Of a stretch of DNA of 64,000 nt, positions 39,060-47,582 are shown piece after piece. How positions within the stretch are numbered: the stretch's first letter is position 1; the number at the start of each line of letters is the position of its first letter. The stretch spans positions 12,676 to 76,675 of the IMG/VR virus record IMGVR_UViG_3300026549_002532. One strand, 5' to 3'. The notes beneath the pieces are model-generated. The model made no database searches. It had not been told where the DNA came from and worked only from the letters and a program-made list of their open reading frames with translations. Made by a program: the position numbers and the translations under genes. Origin of the DNA: a virus. Taxonomy: Duplodnaviria; Caudoviricetes.

Positions 39060-39800
39060 TCAACTGTTGAGCGGATAGTTGCACGTAAGCAACAGTTTCG
39101 CTCTGGGTGCTTTGCCCGACTTGTTAAACACGCTCGGGTAGAGAACCAGCTCGTCATCGTTGGGGCGTTGCTCCCAAAGAATGTCGCAGCCTTTGTTCCA
39201 GAGGAAAGACTTCGACTGCTGGCCGCAAATGACGGTGAACCGCTCAAAGTCTCTGAGAAGTCCGTCATTTTCGAGCGCACAACCAGCGAGCGTGCCGGTA
39301 AGCTCGAAGGTGATGTTGCCTCCTCGCGATGCGAAGCGATAGAACTTTTCATTCACTGGAATGACAAGTTCTTCGTCGTGGCGGAAAGCATAGGGCAGTT
39401 TGGCATGAAACACATGACTGGGGATGTCATCCGCGTCATACGGACTGCGAAGCTCCTTGCCCAGTGGTGTGTCAAACTCATGAGCTTTGGTCAGCAAGAC
39501 TGAAGGCTCATGGACGGCAGCCCACTGGCTCTCGGTGCCATCGGCTTTGGCCAGCACATCGACGAAGCCGACACACTTGCCGGTAGGCAGGTCGGCGGTC
39601 GGCGGCAGGTTGCCGAACAGTTGATGGTTGTTGACTGCCTGGAACCATTCCAAAGGAACGTCAGACATCAAGAAACATGGGAGCGCATAGATGTAAAGGC
39701 GGCATCCCTTTGAGAAATGGTCGCCGAAGATCGCATTTCTCAAGCCTCGTACAAGCATTGTAGCGAAAGGCTGCTGAATGAAAAGATTTCTTGTTTCCAT
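39060..39800 (-). CDS. Degenerate ASCH-like paralog
   Basis: LFIQQPFATMLVRG; shares NHQLFGNLP..DLP / NEQIFGNLP..DMP with 37879 gene. Confidence 0.7.
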   Translation of the reverse strand: METRNLFIQQPFATMLVRGLRNAIFGDHFSKGCRLYIYALPCFLMSDVPLEWFQAVNNHQLFGNLPPTADLPTGKCVGFVDVLAKADGTESQWAAVHEPSVLLTKAHEFDTPLGKELRSPYDADDIPSHVFHAKLPYAFRHDEELVIPVNEKFYRFASRGGNITFELTGTLAGCALENDGLLRDFERFTVICGQQSKSFLWNKGCDILWEQRPNDDELVLYPSVFNKSGKAPRAKLLLTCNYPLNS

Positions 39801-39859
39801 TACAGTTTTTTAGTTGGTTTAACTTTCCCCCTCTTTAGTTTGGGGGCTAACCAAAACTG

Positions 39860-39894
39860 CAAAAGTGGGCATAAACAGTGCAGCCTATCTGCAC
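39860..39894 (-). promoter_or_regulatory. GTGC-N9-GCAC operator D plus degenerate -7 element
   Basis: GTGCAGCCTATCTGCAC 39878-39894; CACTTTTG 39860-39867; 10 bp spacer. Confidence 0.7.
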
Positions 39895-39989
39895 TTCAAA
39901 AATAATTTCTTATCGCCGGTTTTGCTTGCAAAATGCCAATATTTTGAAAGCAAATTACATACCAATGCCGTGAATGTGACATTTTTTCA

Positions 39990-41627
39990 CTACAGTACGC
40001 CACTACTGCTGATGCTGAAAGCATTGCGGTAAGGGAACTTCTCGCAGCCGATGTAGAGGGTGTCGAAAGCGTCGGTGCCATCGGTGCGGTGTTCGAGCAG
40101 GTTCTCCTCGTTTTCCGCGAGTTTTTCGCCGCCTTTGTCCTTTCGGAAGCCGTTGCGCCCACGAACTACTCCTGCCGTTTGAATGGCAAGGATCAGGTCG
40201 TCGTTGTTTTGGCGGTTGAACATCGGCATGAGCCGTTGTTTACCGGCAAAACCCTGGTTGATGAGCAGGTACTTCTCATCGTGGCGCATGGGATTTCCGA
40301 GGTTGATGTCCTCCACCTGCCAGCCGTGCCGCTCGAACTCGTGGCACACCACCCAGTGGAAGTCCTGCTCGTTGACGGCATAGTTGCCGCCGAGCGCGGT
40401 ACTGTCGTAGTAATAGACCACGACCTTGCATTGGTGGTGGGCGTAGTAGCGGCAAAAGTCGTCAATGAGCGCAGGTATCTTGCGCTCGAACTTCGTGTAG
40501 AACGACTTGATGACGTTGAGCCGTCGGCCTGTTGGCTGCCCGGCCACAATCCAATTGATGTTGGCATTGTAGTCCATGCCGATGCAAATGGGCGCAAACG
40601 GGTTCAAGTCCTTGTCGGCTCGGCAGTCGAGTTGGGCCTCGTTGAAGTCGTAGCCCAGACTGTCAAGGTATTCAAAATCGCTGGCGTTGTACTTGTGGCC
40701 CTCACGCATCGACGAATAGAAGCCGTCTTTGGCGATGCCTATTCGTTGACAAAGTATTGACGTTTGGAAAGTCTTTGGCGTGAGGTCGCGCTTCATCTGT
40801 TTGATGTAACTTTCGCCCAGTAGTTGTAGATTTTCAATGCTGCTGTATTCTTTGTAATACACCGCCACGGAGCGCATTTTGTTCAAGTCCTTATCGAGCC
40901 GTCGCAGATAAGTTCTAAGGTGCTTCGGCACGGTCGCGCCCTGCGCATTATAAGCACGGATGCGCTCTTTGACTTTCCAAATCTCATAGATAGTGGCCTT
41001 TATCGTCTCGATTAAGTCCACGTCCATCTTATCTTGATAGTGGAGAAACCACGAGCCTTTTTGCGTCTGCGGCATATCGCTCAAAATCATGACAGAATGA
41101 TTAAACGAGTGATGCCCGAAGTAAGACTTGATGCCGCCGTTCGCCGGTAGCGTCTCATCTTTAAGCCGTTCATAATCTATGAACTTGGCCTCGTCAATGA
41201 GCAGCCATGAGAGCGTGAGCGAGTTGGAGCTGCCCGGTCGGTCTTGCGAAATGATAATGGCGCAAGAGCCGTTGTAGAACGTGATGACGTGCTCATATTC
41301 GGCAGGCTCGATGATGGGCTTGCCGAAAGACTTGGGCGGTCGCCGTCCAATCACATAGTGAACACCTCTGATATAGCCCCATCGTTTCCACGCGGCGAGC
41401 AAGCCCGGGATGGTGTTCGTCAGTCCGTGCTTGTAGGTCGGCACCACGATGCCGCCTGTTGAGCCGGCCATGCGTTGCATATTACGCAACACAAAAGGCG
41501 AGGCGATAGAGTCGGTCTTGCCTGTGCGTCGCCCTGCGACAATGACCGTTGTATTGGCACCAATCAACTGCGTCAGTCGCTGCGGCGTATTAAAGTATAT
41601 TTGTTTCTTGGGATTTTCCATCTTCAA
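39990..41627 (-). CDS. Terminase large subunit
   Basis: AGRRTGKT Walker A, LLIDEAK Walker B, IGMDYN and TDGTDAFD nuclease motifs. Confidence 0.88.
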   Translation of the reverse strand: MKMENPKKQIYFNTPQRLTQLIGANTTVIVAGRRTGKTDSIASPFVLRNMQRMAGSTGGIVVPTYKHGLTNTIPGLLAAWKRWGYIRGVHYVIGRRPPKSFGKPIIEPAEYEHVITFYNGSCAIIISQDRPGSSNSLTLSWLLIDEAKFIDYERLKDETLPANGGIKSYFGHHSFNHSVMILSDMPQTQKGSWFLHYQDKMDVDLIETIKATIYEIWKVKERIRAYNAQGATVPKHLRTYLRRLDKDLNKMRSVAVYYKEYSSIENLQLLGESYIKQMKRDLTPKTFQTSILCQRIGIAKDGFYSSMREGHKYNASDFEYLDSLGYDFNEAQLDCRADKDLNPFAPICIGMDYNANINWIVAGQPTGRRLNVIKSFYTKFERKIPALIDDFCRYYAHHQCKVVVYYYDSTALGGNYAVNEQDFHWVVCHEFERHGWQVEDINLGNPMRHDEKYLLINQGFAGKQRLMPMFNRQNNDDLILAIQTAGVVRGRNGFRKDKGGEKLAENEENLLEHRTDGTDAFDTLYIGCEKFPYRNAFSISSSGVL

Positions 41628-42231
41628 GGGTGTCGGGTGGGAATAGTGCGTTTTCTTCGAGGTCGGCTTCCTCGAACTCGATATCCTCTATGTCGATATT
41701 CTCGGCCTGGTACTTATGCAGCAGCTCCGCAATTCGCTCATTGAGGTTAGGCATGGGTTTGATGCCGAGCACTGTCGGGTCGTCGGTGGCGGTGAAGGGC
41801 TGCACCACGATCAGGTCATACGGCACGGCTTGCTCGTCTTCAAGGTCAACACGGTTGAACTTGGCGTAAGAGCTGGCCGCCTTTTCCATTGTCTTCGAGT
41901 CCTTGCGGCTCTTTGCCATCTGATACGTCTCCAGTATCATCTCGTTGAAGCGATAGCGGTGGAAATCGCGCGTCGCTTGCGAGAGGTGCGGCAGCAGTGC
42001 CTTGACAATGGCAAGGTCGCTGTAGGCTTGGGTCTTATTGATGCCATGGCGTGAGATGGCGTTATCGACAAACTGGCGGTCTTTAGCGTCGGGATTGGAG
42101 AGAAACCAGTTGTATTCCTCACGAATACGCAGCACCCGAAGCACGATTGCCTCGGTGTACTTCTGCCGCAGCTCGTCCTCACTGGTGAACAGGTCGAGGC
42201 GGCAAGCGTCTATGGGCTTCAACTGATGCAT
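41590..42231 (-). CDS. Putative terminase small subunit / packaging protein
   Basis: Immediately upstream of terL; helical, acidic tail. Confidence 0.45.
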   Translation of the reverse strand: MHQLKPIDACRLDLFTSEDELRQKYTEAIVLRVLRIREEYNWFLSNPDAKDRQFVDNAISRHGINKTQAYSDLAIVKALLPHLSQATRDFHRYRFNEMILETYQMAKSRKDSKTMEKAASSYAKFNRVDLEDEQAVPYDLIVVQPFTATDDPTVLGIKPMPNLNERIAELLHKYQAENIDIEDIEFEEADLEENALFPPDTLEDGKSQETNIL

Positions 42232-42234
42232 AGT

Positions 42235-42510
42235 TTATTCGTCGTCTTCCATGTCAAGCAGGTTGCGATGCACATTGTCGATGGCAAGCGGTGAACCCAC
42301 CTGCGCCAACATCATTTCCTGGTGCAGGAGTTTCACTTTTGAGCCGGCCTTGCCACGAAGGTAACGTTGGCTCACCTCGGTAGAGCGGTTGCCAATGTCT
42401 TCCCTCAGGATTTCGGCAGGAATACCGAGTATTACTGCCATGTCCGAAATCTTCAAGTAGATGGAAGCGAATTGTTCGACTTGCGTCAGTTGTTCTTCAG
42501 TGTAGGTCAT
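42235..42510 (-). CDS. Small hypothetical phage protein
   Basis: Coupled in operon. Confidence 0.6.
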   Translation of the reverse strand: MTYTEEQLTQVEQFASIYLKISDMAVILGIPAEILREDIGNRSTEVSQRYLRGKAGSKVKLLHQEMMLAQVGSPLAIDNVHRNLLDMEDDE

Positions 42511-43025
42511 AACGTCAATTTTTGAGCTAACAGGTCGTTCAGGGGAACGGAATGATTGCGGATTAAATCTTCAATTTGGGTGTGCAAAGTGATGAACAAT
42601 TCGGGGTCGGTCGTGACCACAGCACTCTCGCTTCTGTTACCTCGTGTTAGATTTTGAGATGTGATGATGCTCACCACTTCGCCACGCTCGCTGCGTACCA
42701 GCAGCACCTTGCTGTGGTTGTCTGCAAGGTAGGTGGTGGTGATAACCTGCGTGATGAACGCCCACAGTTTGAGCGTCTTGTTGGTGGCCTTGTGGTCGAG
42801 CACGAGGTTGAACCGAGTGACGAGGCCGGACTTCTCGATGAAGAACAATCGGCGAATGAACTCCTCGCTGATTGAGAATGAGGTCTGCCACACCTCGGAC
42901 TTGCCGAGTTGTTGCAGCACCCAGTCGAGCACGTCCGCCACCTGCAAGGCGTTAGAGAGATAAGCCTGATAGGGCTTTTCTCGCAGTGGCTTCAAAAAAT
43001 CTTCTATTGAGGCACTACGTTTCAT
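42507..43025 (-). CDS. Phospholipase D-like (PLD) nuclease-domain protein
   Basis: NHSKVLL..ITSQNLTRGNRSE HxK/SxN motif. Confidence 0.75.
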   Translation of the reverse strand: MKRSASIEDFLKPLREKPYQAYLSNALQVADVLDWVLQQLGKSEVWQTSFSISEEFIRRLFFIEKSGLVTRFNLVLDHKATNKTLKLWAFITQVITTTYLADNHSKVLLVRSERGEVVSIITSQNLTRGNRSESAVVTTDPELFITLHTQIEDLIRNHSVPLNDLLAQKLTL

Positions 43026-43048
43026 CTATTTGAAGTAATTTTGCAGCG

Positions 43049-43151
43049 TTAATGAGAGGTCTAACGAGTGGGGCGACCACGCCTATTCGTATTCGTCTGT
43101 TTTTACAGAGGCTTCTCACATCGGCGGCAGGTGAGTCCTGGCCGTTTTTTC
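43049..43151 (+). ncRNA. Candidate antisense sRNA upstream of PLD gene
   Basis: TAATTTTG 43036-43043; stem ACGAGTGGGCG/CGCCTATTCGT with G-U pairs; terminator CGGC..CAGG/CCTG.GCCG plus T7. Confidence 0.5.
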
Positions 43152-43171
43152 ATGTACTATAGATGCCTGTA

Positions 43172-43888
43172 TTACAATATTTCCAACTCTTTGAGGTCCG
43201 CGGTGAGCTTGTCGGTGGGATTGATAACCTTGCTGTAAAGCGCGAGGATCTGGGCTTTCAGTTCCTCGCTGGGCTTTTTGGCGTAGCGTCCTTTGGCAAG
43301 GTTAATCATGCGCACCGCCTTACGGCTTTCCTCACGGGCTTCATTCTCCATGACCGCTGCGCCGTCTGTGCCGGTGTAGTGGTCGTAGGTCTCCCAGTTC
43401 GAGTGGAGCTTCTTGTCGAGGTCGATAAGTTCTTTAAGGAACGGATAACGGTCACAGTCGCGAGCCGGATTATCCTCTGTCGATAGCGAGCGCAACTTCA
43501 AGTGCAGTTCGCGCATCCGTTGCACAATGCCCAGGTTCTCGACATAGAGAGCCTGAATCTCATCGGGCAGCAGGTCGTGGTCATCACGCTTGCCCTGTTT
43601 GAAACTCTCGCCGGTGTTGGGGGTCAAAACTTTTTTGGCAATCACGTTTACCTGTGATTGCATCTCCTCAACCTGCGCGTGCGTGAGCTTCTGCAAGCGG
43701 AACGAAAGTCGTTTCTGCAACTGGCGTTCAATGAACTCGGCGTTACGCCGCGGGTTCGCCATCAGATTGCGGTACTGGATTTGATTGCCCGTGAGTTGTA
43801 GCAAGTAGAGTGCTCCTTTGGCGTAGTCGCGCTGCTCATGGGGCAAGTACAGCCAATCTTGAATTTCTTTCGTAAACTCTTGGTTCAT
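43172..43888 (-). CDS. Hypothetical helical phage protein
   Basis: ORF track; operon coupling. Confidence 0.65.
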   Translation of the reverse strand: MNQEFTKEIQDWLYLPHEQRDYAKGALYLLQLTGNQIQYRNLMANPRRNAEFIERQLQKRLSFRLQKLTHAQVEEMQSQVNVIAKKVLTPNTGESFKQGKRDDHDLLPDEIQALYVENLGIVQRMRELHLKLRSLSTEDNPARDCDRYPFLKELIDLDKKLHSNWETYDHYTGTDGAAVMENEAREESRKAVRMINLAKGRYAKKPSEELKAQILALYSKVINPTDKLTADLKELEIL

Positions 43889-44604
43889 AGCTTATTATTC
43901 ACATTTGAAAAGAATATGAGATTCTTGTTATAGCCTTGAAGCAGTTTCTTCATGGCGAGCAAAGTCTGTCCTGTGGTCACAAAGTCATCAAAAACTATGA
44001 TGTTAGGCTCTTTCGGCAAGATATTCAGTTCAAAAACCGCGTTCACCCGCTGCTTTGTGTGGCAAAACGCCACATCCTCGTAGAACGGAATATCGAGCTG
44101 CCGCCCAATCTCCTCACTGATGAGCGTGGCGAAGTTCTTCACTTTGTGCCTACGTTTGGGCGAGGTGCAGATGCACCAGCCGCCCTTATCGAGGTGGAAG
44201 CCCAACATCTCCCTAATGACCGGCACGATGCTGTCGGCAAAGAACCGCACCATGTCGGGGTCGGCCTTGATGTCGGTGAGTGTTCTGCCGTACACCGACT
44301 TCTGCCAGATGGAAACGAAGTTCACATTCGAGCGGCGCGTCAAGCGCAGTTTGTAGGAGAAATCACACCTTGCCTCGATGGATTTGTCCCACGACTTGCG
44401 CTTCTGCACGGCAAACAAATCCTTTTGTTGGGCGCGGCTCTGGGGTGCAGCGTCGCCGCCGGAATGAAAGTCGAGGGAACTGAGGTCGCTTACAGGAAAG
44501 GTCATGTCGCGCAAGACCTCTCCCATATCGACGGCAGCACCCTCGACCCGCGAGTGACTGTCAGCCATTCCGGTTAAGGATTGGCCGCAGCCGCTTGTTT
44601 CCAA
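43885..44604 (-). CDS. Phosphoribosyltransferase-fold (ComF-like) protein
   Basis: IIVFDDFVTTGQTL PRPP-binding motif. Confidence 0.75.
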   Translation of the reverse strand: METSGCGQSLTGMADSHSRVEGAAVDMGEVLRDMTFPVSDLSSLDFHSGGDAAPQSRAQQKDLFAVQKRKSWDKSIEARCDFSYKLRLTRRSNVNFVSIWQKSVYGRTLTDIKADPDMVRFFADSIVPVIREMLGFHLDKGGWCICTSPKRRHKVKNFATLISEEIGRQLDIPFYEDVAFCHTKQRVNAVFELNILPKEPNIIVFDDFVTTGQTLLAMKKLLQGYNKNLIFFSNVNNKL

Positions 44605-45359
44605 TCGGCGATTCTCTCGGTGAACTCGTCAGCCGCCATGGTGTAGTCACCTGCGTTGGCAGCGACTATCTGCTCATAGACCGCCTCCACCTCTGCCGGT
44701 GTCTTGTTGGTGTCCTCGGCAACAGCGATGAACAAGTCATCGAAATTGTCCGTCGTGTAAACGGTGCCGTTGTACTCGATGGCGGCAGTCGAGGCCTGTT
44801 CAGGCTGGATGCTTCCGTCCTCGGTCTCAATCTTGCCGTAGTAGAACGGAGCGGGGCATTCGTCGGTGGCCTCCACCGAGAGCGTGGTGCTGGTCGTTCC
44901 CGTCGGGCCTTGCCCGAGGTCTTGCGCCACGGTCGATTTGACGAGCCATGCGTCGCTGCCGACCACGCGGAACTTGCCCGGCACGGTCTCGACGAGATAG
45001 ACGCAATCGTTGTTGTTGACGTAAGCGGCGAGCGCCGAAGCGTCCACACCCACGCCCGGGTGAACAGCGGTCAGCTTGTTCAGCTGCGTCATCGAGGGGT
45101 ATTCACCCTGCGCCTCGCTGGTGAGCTGCGACTTGTCGGGCAGGATGTCGATATACTTCCAAGTGGCATCGGCTGCCAAAACGAAATTGCCGACGTAAGC
45201 GGCGGTGGTCAGTCGCCCGCGGTTGTCATGTGCGAGCGTGGGCCACTTGACGATTTGGTCTTTGCCGATGTAGTAGATGCGGCGCTTGATGCCGGGGAGC
45301 TCGGGAGTTCCCTGACACCAAGCGAGCGATTTCAATATACTGGTACAATTCGTTGCCAT
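44574..45359 (-). CDS. Putative major tail/tube protein
   Basis: Follows capsid gene; CQGTPELPGIKRRIYY; acidic C-terminal extension. Confidence 0.5.
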   Translation of the reverse strand: MATNCTSILKSLAWCQGTPELPGIKRRIYYIGKDQIVKWPTLAHDNRGRLTTAAYVGNFVLAADATWKYIDILPDKSQLTSEAQGEYPSMTQLNKLTAVHPGVGVDASALAAYVNNNDCVYLVETVPGKFRVVGSDAWLVKSTVAQDLGQGPTGTTSTTLSVEATDECPAPFYYGKIETEDGSIQPEQASTAAIEYNGTVYTTDNFDDLFIAVAEDTNKTPAEVEAVYEQIVAANAGDYTMAADEFTERIADWKQAAAANP

Positions 45360-45391
45360 GTTTTTACTTCGTGATTAGTGGTGAATGACTA

Positions 45392-46360
45392 TTAGGCTGC
45401 CAGTTCGATGACTTTGAGCTTTCGGTAGTCGATGGACTCGAACTGCACGCCGAAGAACATGGTGGCGATGTACGAGAGTATGAACGGCTCGTACTCCTTG
45501 ACCATGACGCTCTCCACGTCGCCCATCTGGTCGTAACCCACGAGCATGTTGCTCTTGGGCGTGACGTGGATGAACTTCGAGTCGGCCTTGTTGAACAGCG
45601 GCACGATGTGGAGCTTGCCGTTGCTGCCCTCCACGGTGTTCTGCCCGAACTGGTTGTAGTAGTTGATACCGGCATGGGTGAGCAGCATGGCCTCGTTGTA
45701 CTTGTCGGCGAAGTCCTGCGAGCAGTACATGTTCAGCTCCTGGGCACGCAGACGTGGGTCGAGCGAGTAGAGGATTTCCTTTGCGATGTCGAGCGCGTTG
45801 GCGGTGGTGATTTCCTCGGTGAGCTTCATGTAGTTCTTGTTGGCCACGCTGATCTTGTCGGCGGCGATTTCAGCAGCGGTGATGGTGTCGAAGCCGTCGA
45901 ACAGGTCTTTGGTGGTGTCGCCGCTTGCGTTGCGTACACCGCTCCAAATAGCGTCATTAAGGCTTTCCGAAAGCCCTTTGGCGATGAGCGTGAGCACATG
46001 GAGCGCCGTGGGTGCCTGCATCTGGCCGTCACCTTTGGTGGCCGCCATGTAGCCGAGAATGGTGGATGCTGCGGAGTTCGGCTCGAACTTGCAGTGCACG
46101 GAGCCCATGAACGTCTCAAGGGTTCTGTATTCCACATTGAGATTGAAGTCGGTGGAGCGCGAGGGCTTGTAGGGCCCGAACTGCGCGTTGCCGCTGATGG
46201 CTCCCACGTTTTCCTTGTAGCGGATGCTGGGGCGAGGAGTCATGTGCTGGATGGTGTCCTGGCACCCGATGATGGGCTGCATGAGCAGTTCGGGTCGCCA
46301 CTTGGTGGCGGCCTCCTGGAACTGCTCCAGCGAGGGGGTGATGTTGAGTTGTCCTGCCAT
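45392..46360 (-). CDS. Major capsid protein
   Basis: 322 aa directly downstream of Clp protease/scaffold; phage context. Confidence 0.72.
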   Translation of the reverse strand: MAGQLNITPSLEQFQEAATKWRPELLMQPIIGCQDTIQHMTPRPSIRYKENVGAISGNAQFGPYKPSRSTDFNLNVEYRTLETFMGSVHCKFEPNSAASTILGYMAATKGDGQMQAPTALHVLTLIAKGLSESLNDAIWSGVRNASGDTTKDLFDGFDTITAAEIAADKISVANKNYMKLTEEITTANALDIAKEILYSLDPRLRAQELNMYCSQDFADKYNEAMLLTHAGINYYNQFGQNTVEGSNGKLHIVPLFNKADSKFIHVTPKSNMLVGYDQMGDVESVMVKEYEPFILSYIATMFFGVQFESIDYRKLKVIELAA

Positions 46361-46388
46361 ATTACTTTGAGATTAGAGATGAGCGAAT

Positions 46389-47474
46389 TTAGGGAACTTG
46401 GTTGAACAGCTTCTTGGCGTTGTTCACCTTGTCGGCGAACACGTCAAAGGGAGACTTGGCGGTCTGTTGCGGAGCATCGACCACCACTTGTGACTTTTCG
46501 GCAGGGTTGGCTTTCAATGCCTGAACCTGCTCGGCGAGTTCGGTGTTGCGCTTGTCGCGGTCAGCGATGGCACGCTCAACGGCGAGCGCTTGCTCTGCGG
46601 TGAGCTTCACACCGTCCTCGCCCACAGCGAAGCCCTCGATGTTGAGGACTTCGCCAAGGAGCGAAAGGGACTGGAGCATGGTTGCGGATGGTTTGAGTGT
46701 TGGGGAAGATGGATGATTATTTTCGTTATGACTAGCTTTTTCTTTCATTTCAGCTTGGGGATTTCCGGCGGATATTTGTTCGTGTTCGGCCTCCTTGGCG
46801 GACTTGAACAGCGAGGCAATGGCAGCGATGAAACGCTCGATGAGCGTCTCATTGCGGCTGTAGGCTGTGGGTATGTTCGGAATGGGCATACCGGCAGCCG
46901 CCATCGCCGAAGCCACCGCGTCGGTGAGCACCGGCTTGGTCTCGCCCAGGTCGGTGATCTCATCGACAAAGCCCCAGGCCTTCGCCTCTTTAGCGGTGAG
47001 CCAGCCGCCTACTCGCATGAGGTCGAGCAGGTCGGCCTCGGGCTTGCTGCACTTGGCCGAATACATCGCGGCAACATTGTTGTCGAGTTTGTTGAGGTCT
47101 CGGATTGCCGCCTCGCAGTTGTCGCGGACAGTTGCGAGCTGGTCGGCATTCAGGCTTCCCCACTCGAAAAACTCCGCGCTGCACTTGTGCACGAGGTACA
47201 TGGCCGATGCGTCGATGCTGATGTGCCTGGCACCGAGCGAAGCGATGGTCGCGGCACTGGCATTCATGCCCACGAAGTGGACGGTGACATCGCCATGACG
47301 TTTGAACGCCGAGGCGATGGAGATGGCGGTCGCCAGCGAACCGCCGAGGCTGTCGATAAGCACGTGGACCGGCTTGCCCTCGTTCTTGGCAAGCACATAG
47401 TCCACATAGTCGCGGTCGAAGTCGTAGCCTCCGACGTAGCCTTTGAGGTGGAGATTGTATTTAGTCTGTGGCAT
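46389..47474 (-). CDS. ClpP-like prohead protease/scaffold (likely start MPQTK)
   Basis: IDSLGGS, VGMNASAATI, YLVHK, GGWLTAKEAKAWGFVDEI. Confidence 0.85.
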   Translation of the reverse strand: MPQTKYNLHLKGYVGGYDFDRDYVDYVLAKNEGKPVHVLIDSLGGSLATAISIASAFKRHGDVTVHFVGMNASAATIASLGARHISIDASAMYLVHKCSAEFFEWGSLNADQLATVRDNCEAAIRDLNKLDNNVAAMYSAKCSKPEADLLDLMRVGGWLTAKEAKAWGFVDEITDLGETKPVLTDAVASAMAAAGMPIPNIPTAYSRNETLIERFIAAIASLFKSAKEAEHEQISAGNPQAEMKEKASHNENNHPSSPTLKPSATMLQSLSLLGEVLNIEGFAVGEDGVKLTAEQALAVERAIADRDKRNTELAEQVQALKANPAEKSQVVVDAPQQTAKSPFDVFADKVNNAKKLFNQVP

Positions 47475-47582
47475 AATCGTACTGATTTTTGCCACAAAAT
47501 TATAAAGGTGCAAGTGCCGCATAAAAGACAGGAAAATATACCCTCTGTTTCAGATATTATTTTTACCTTTGCAGTCTAATAG

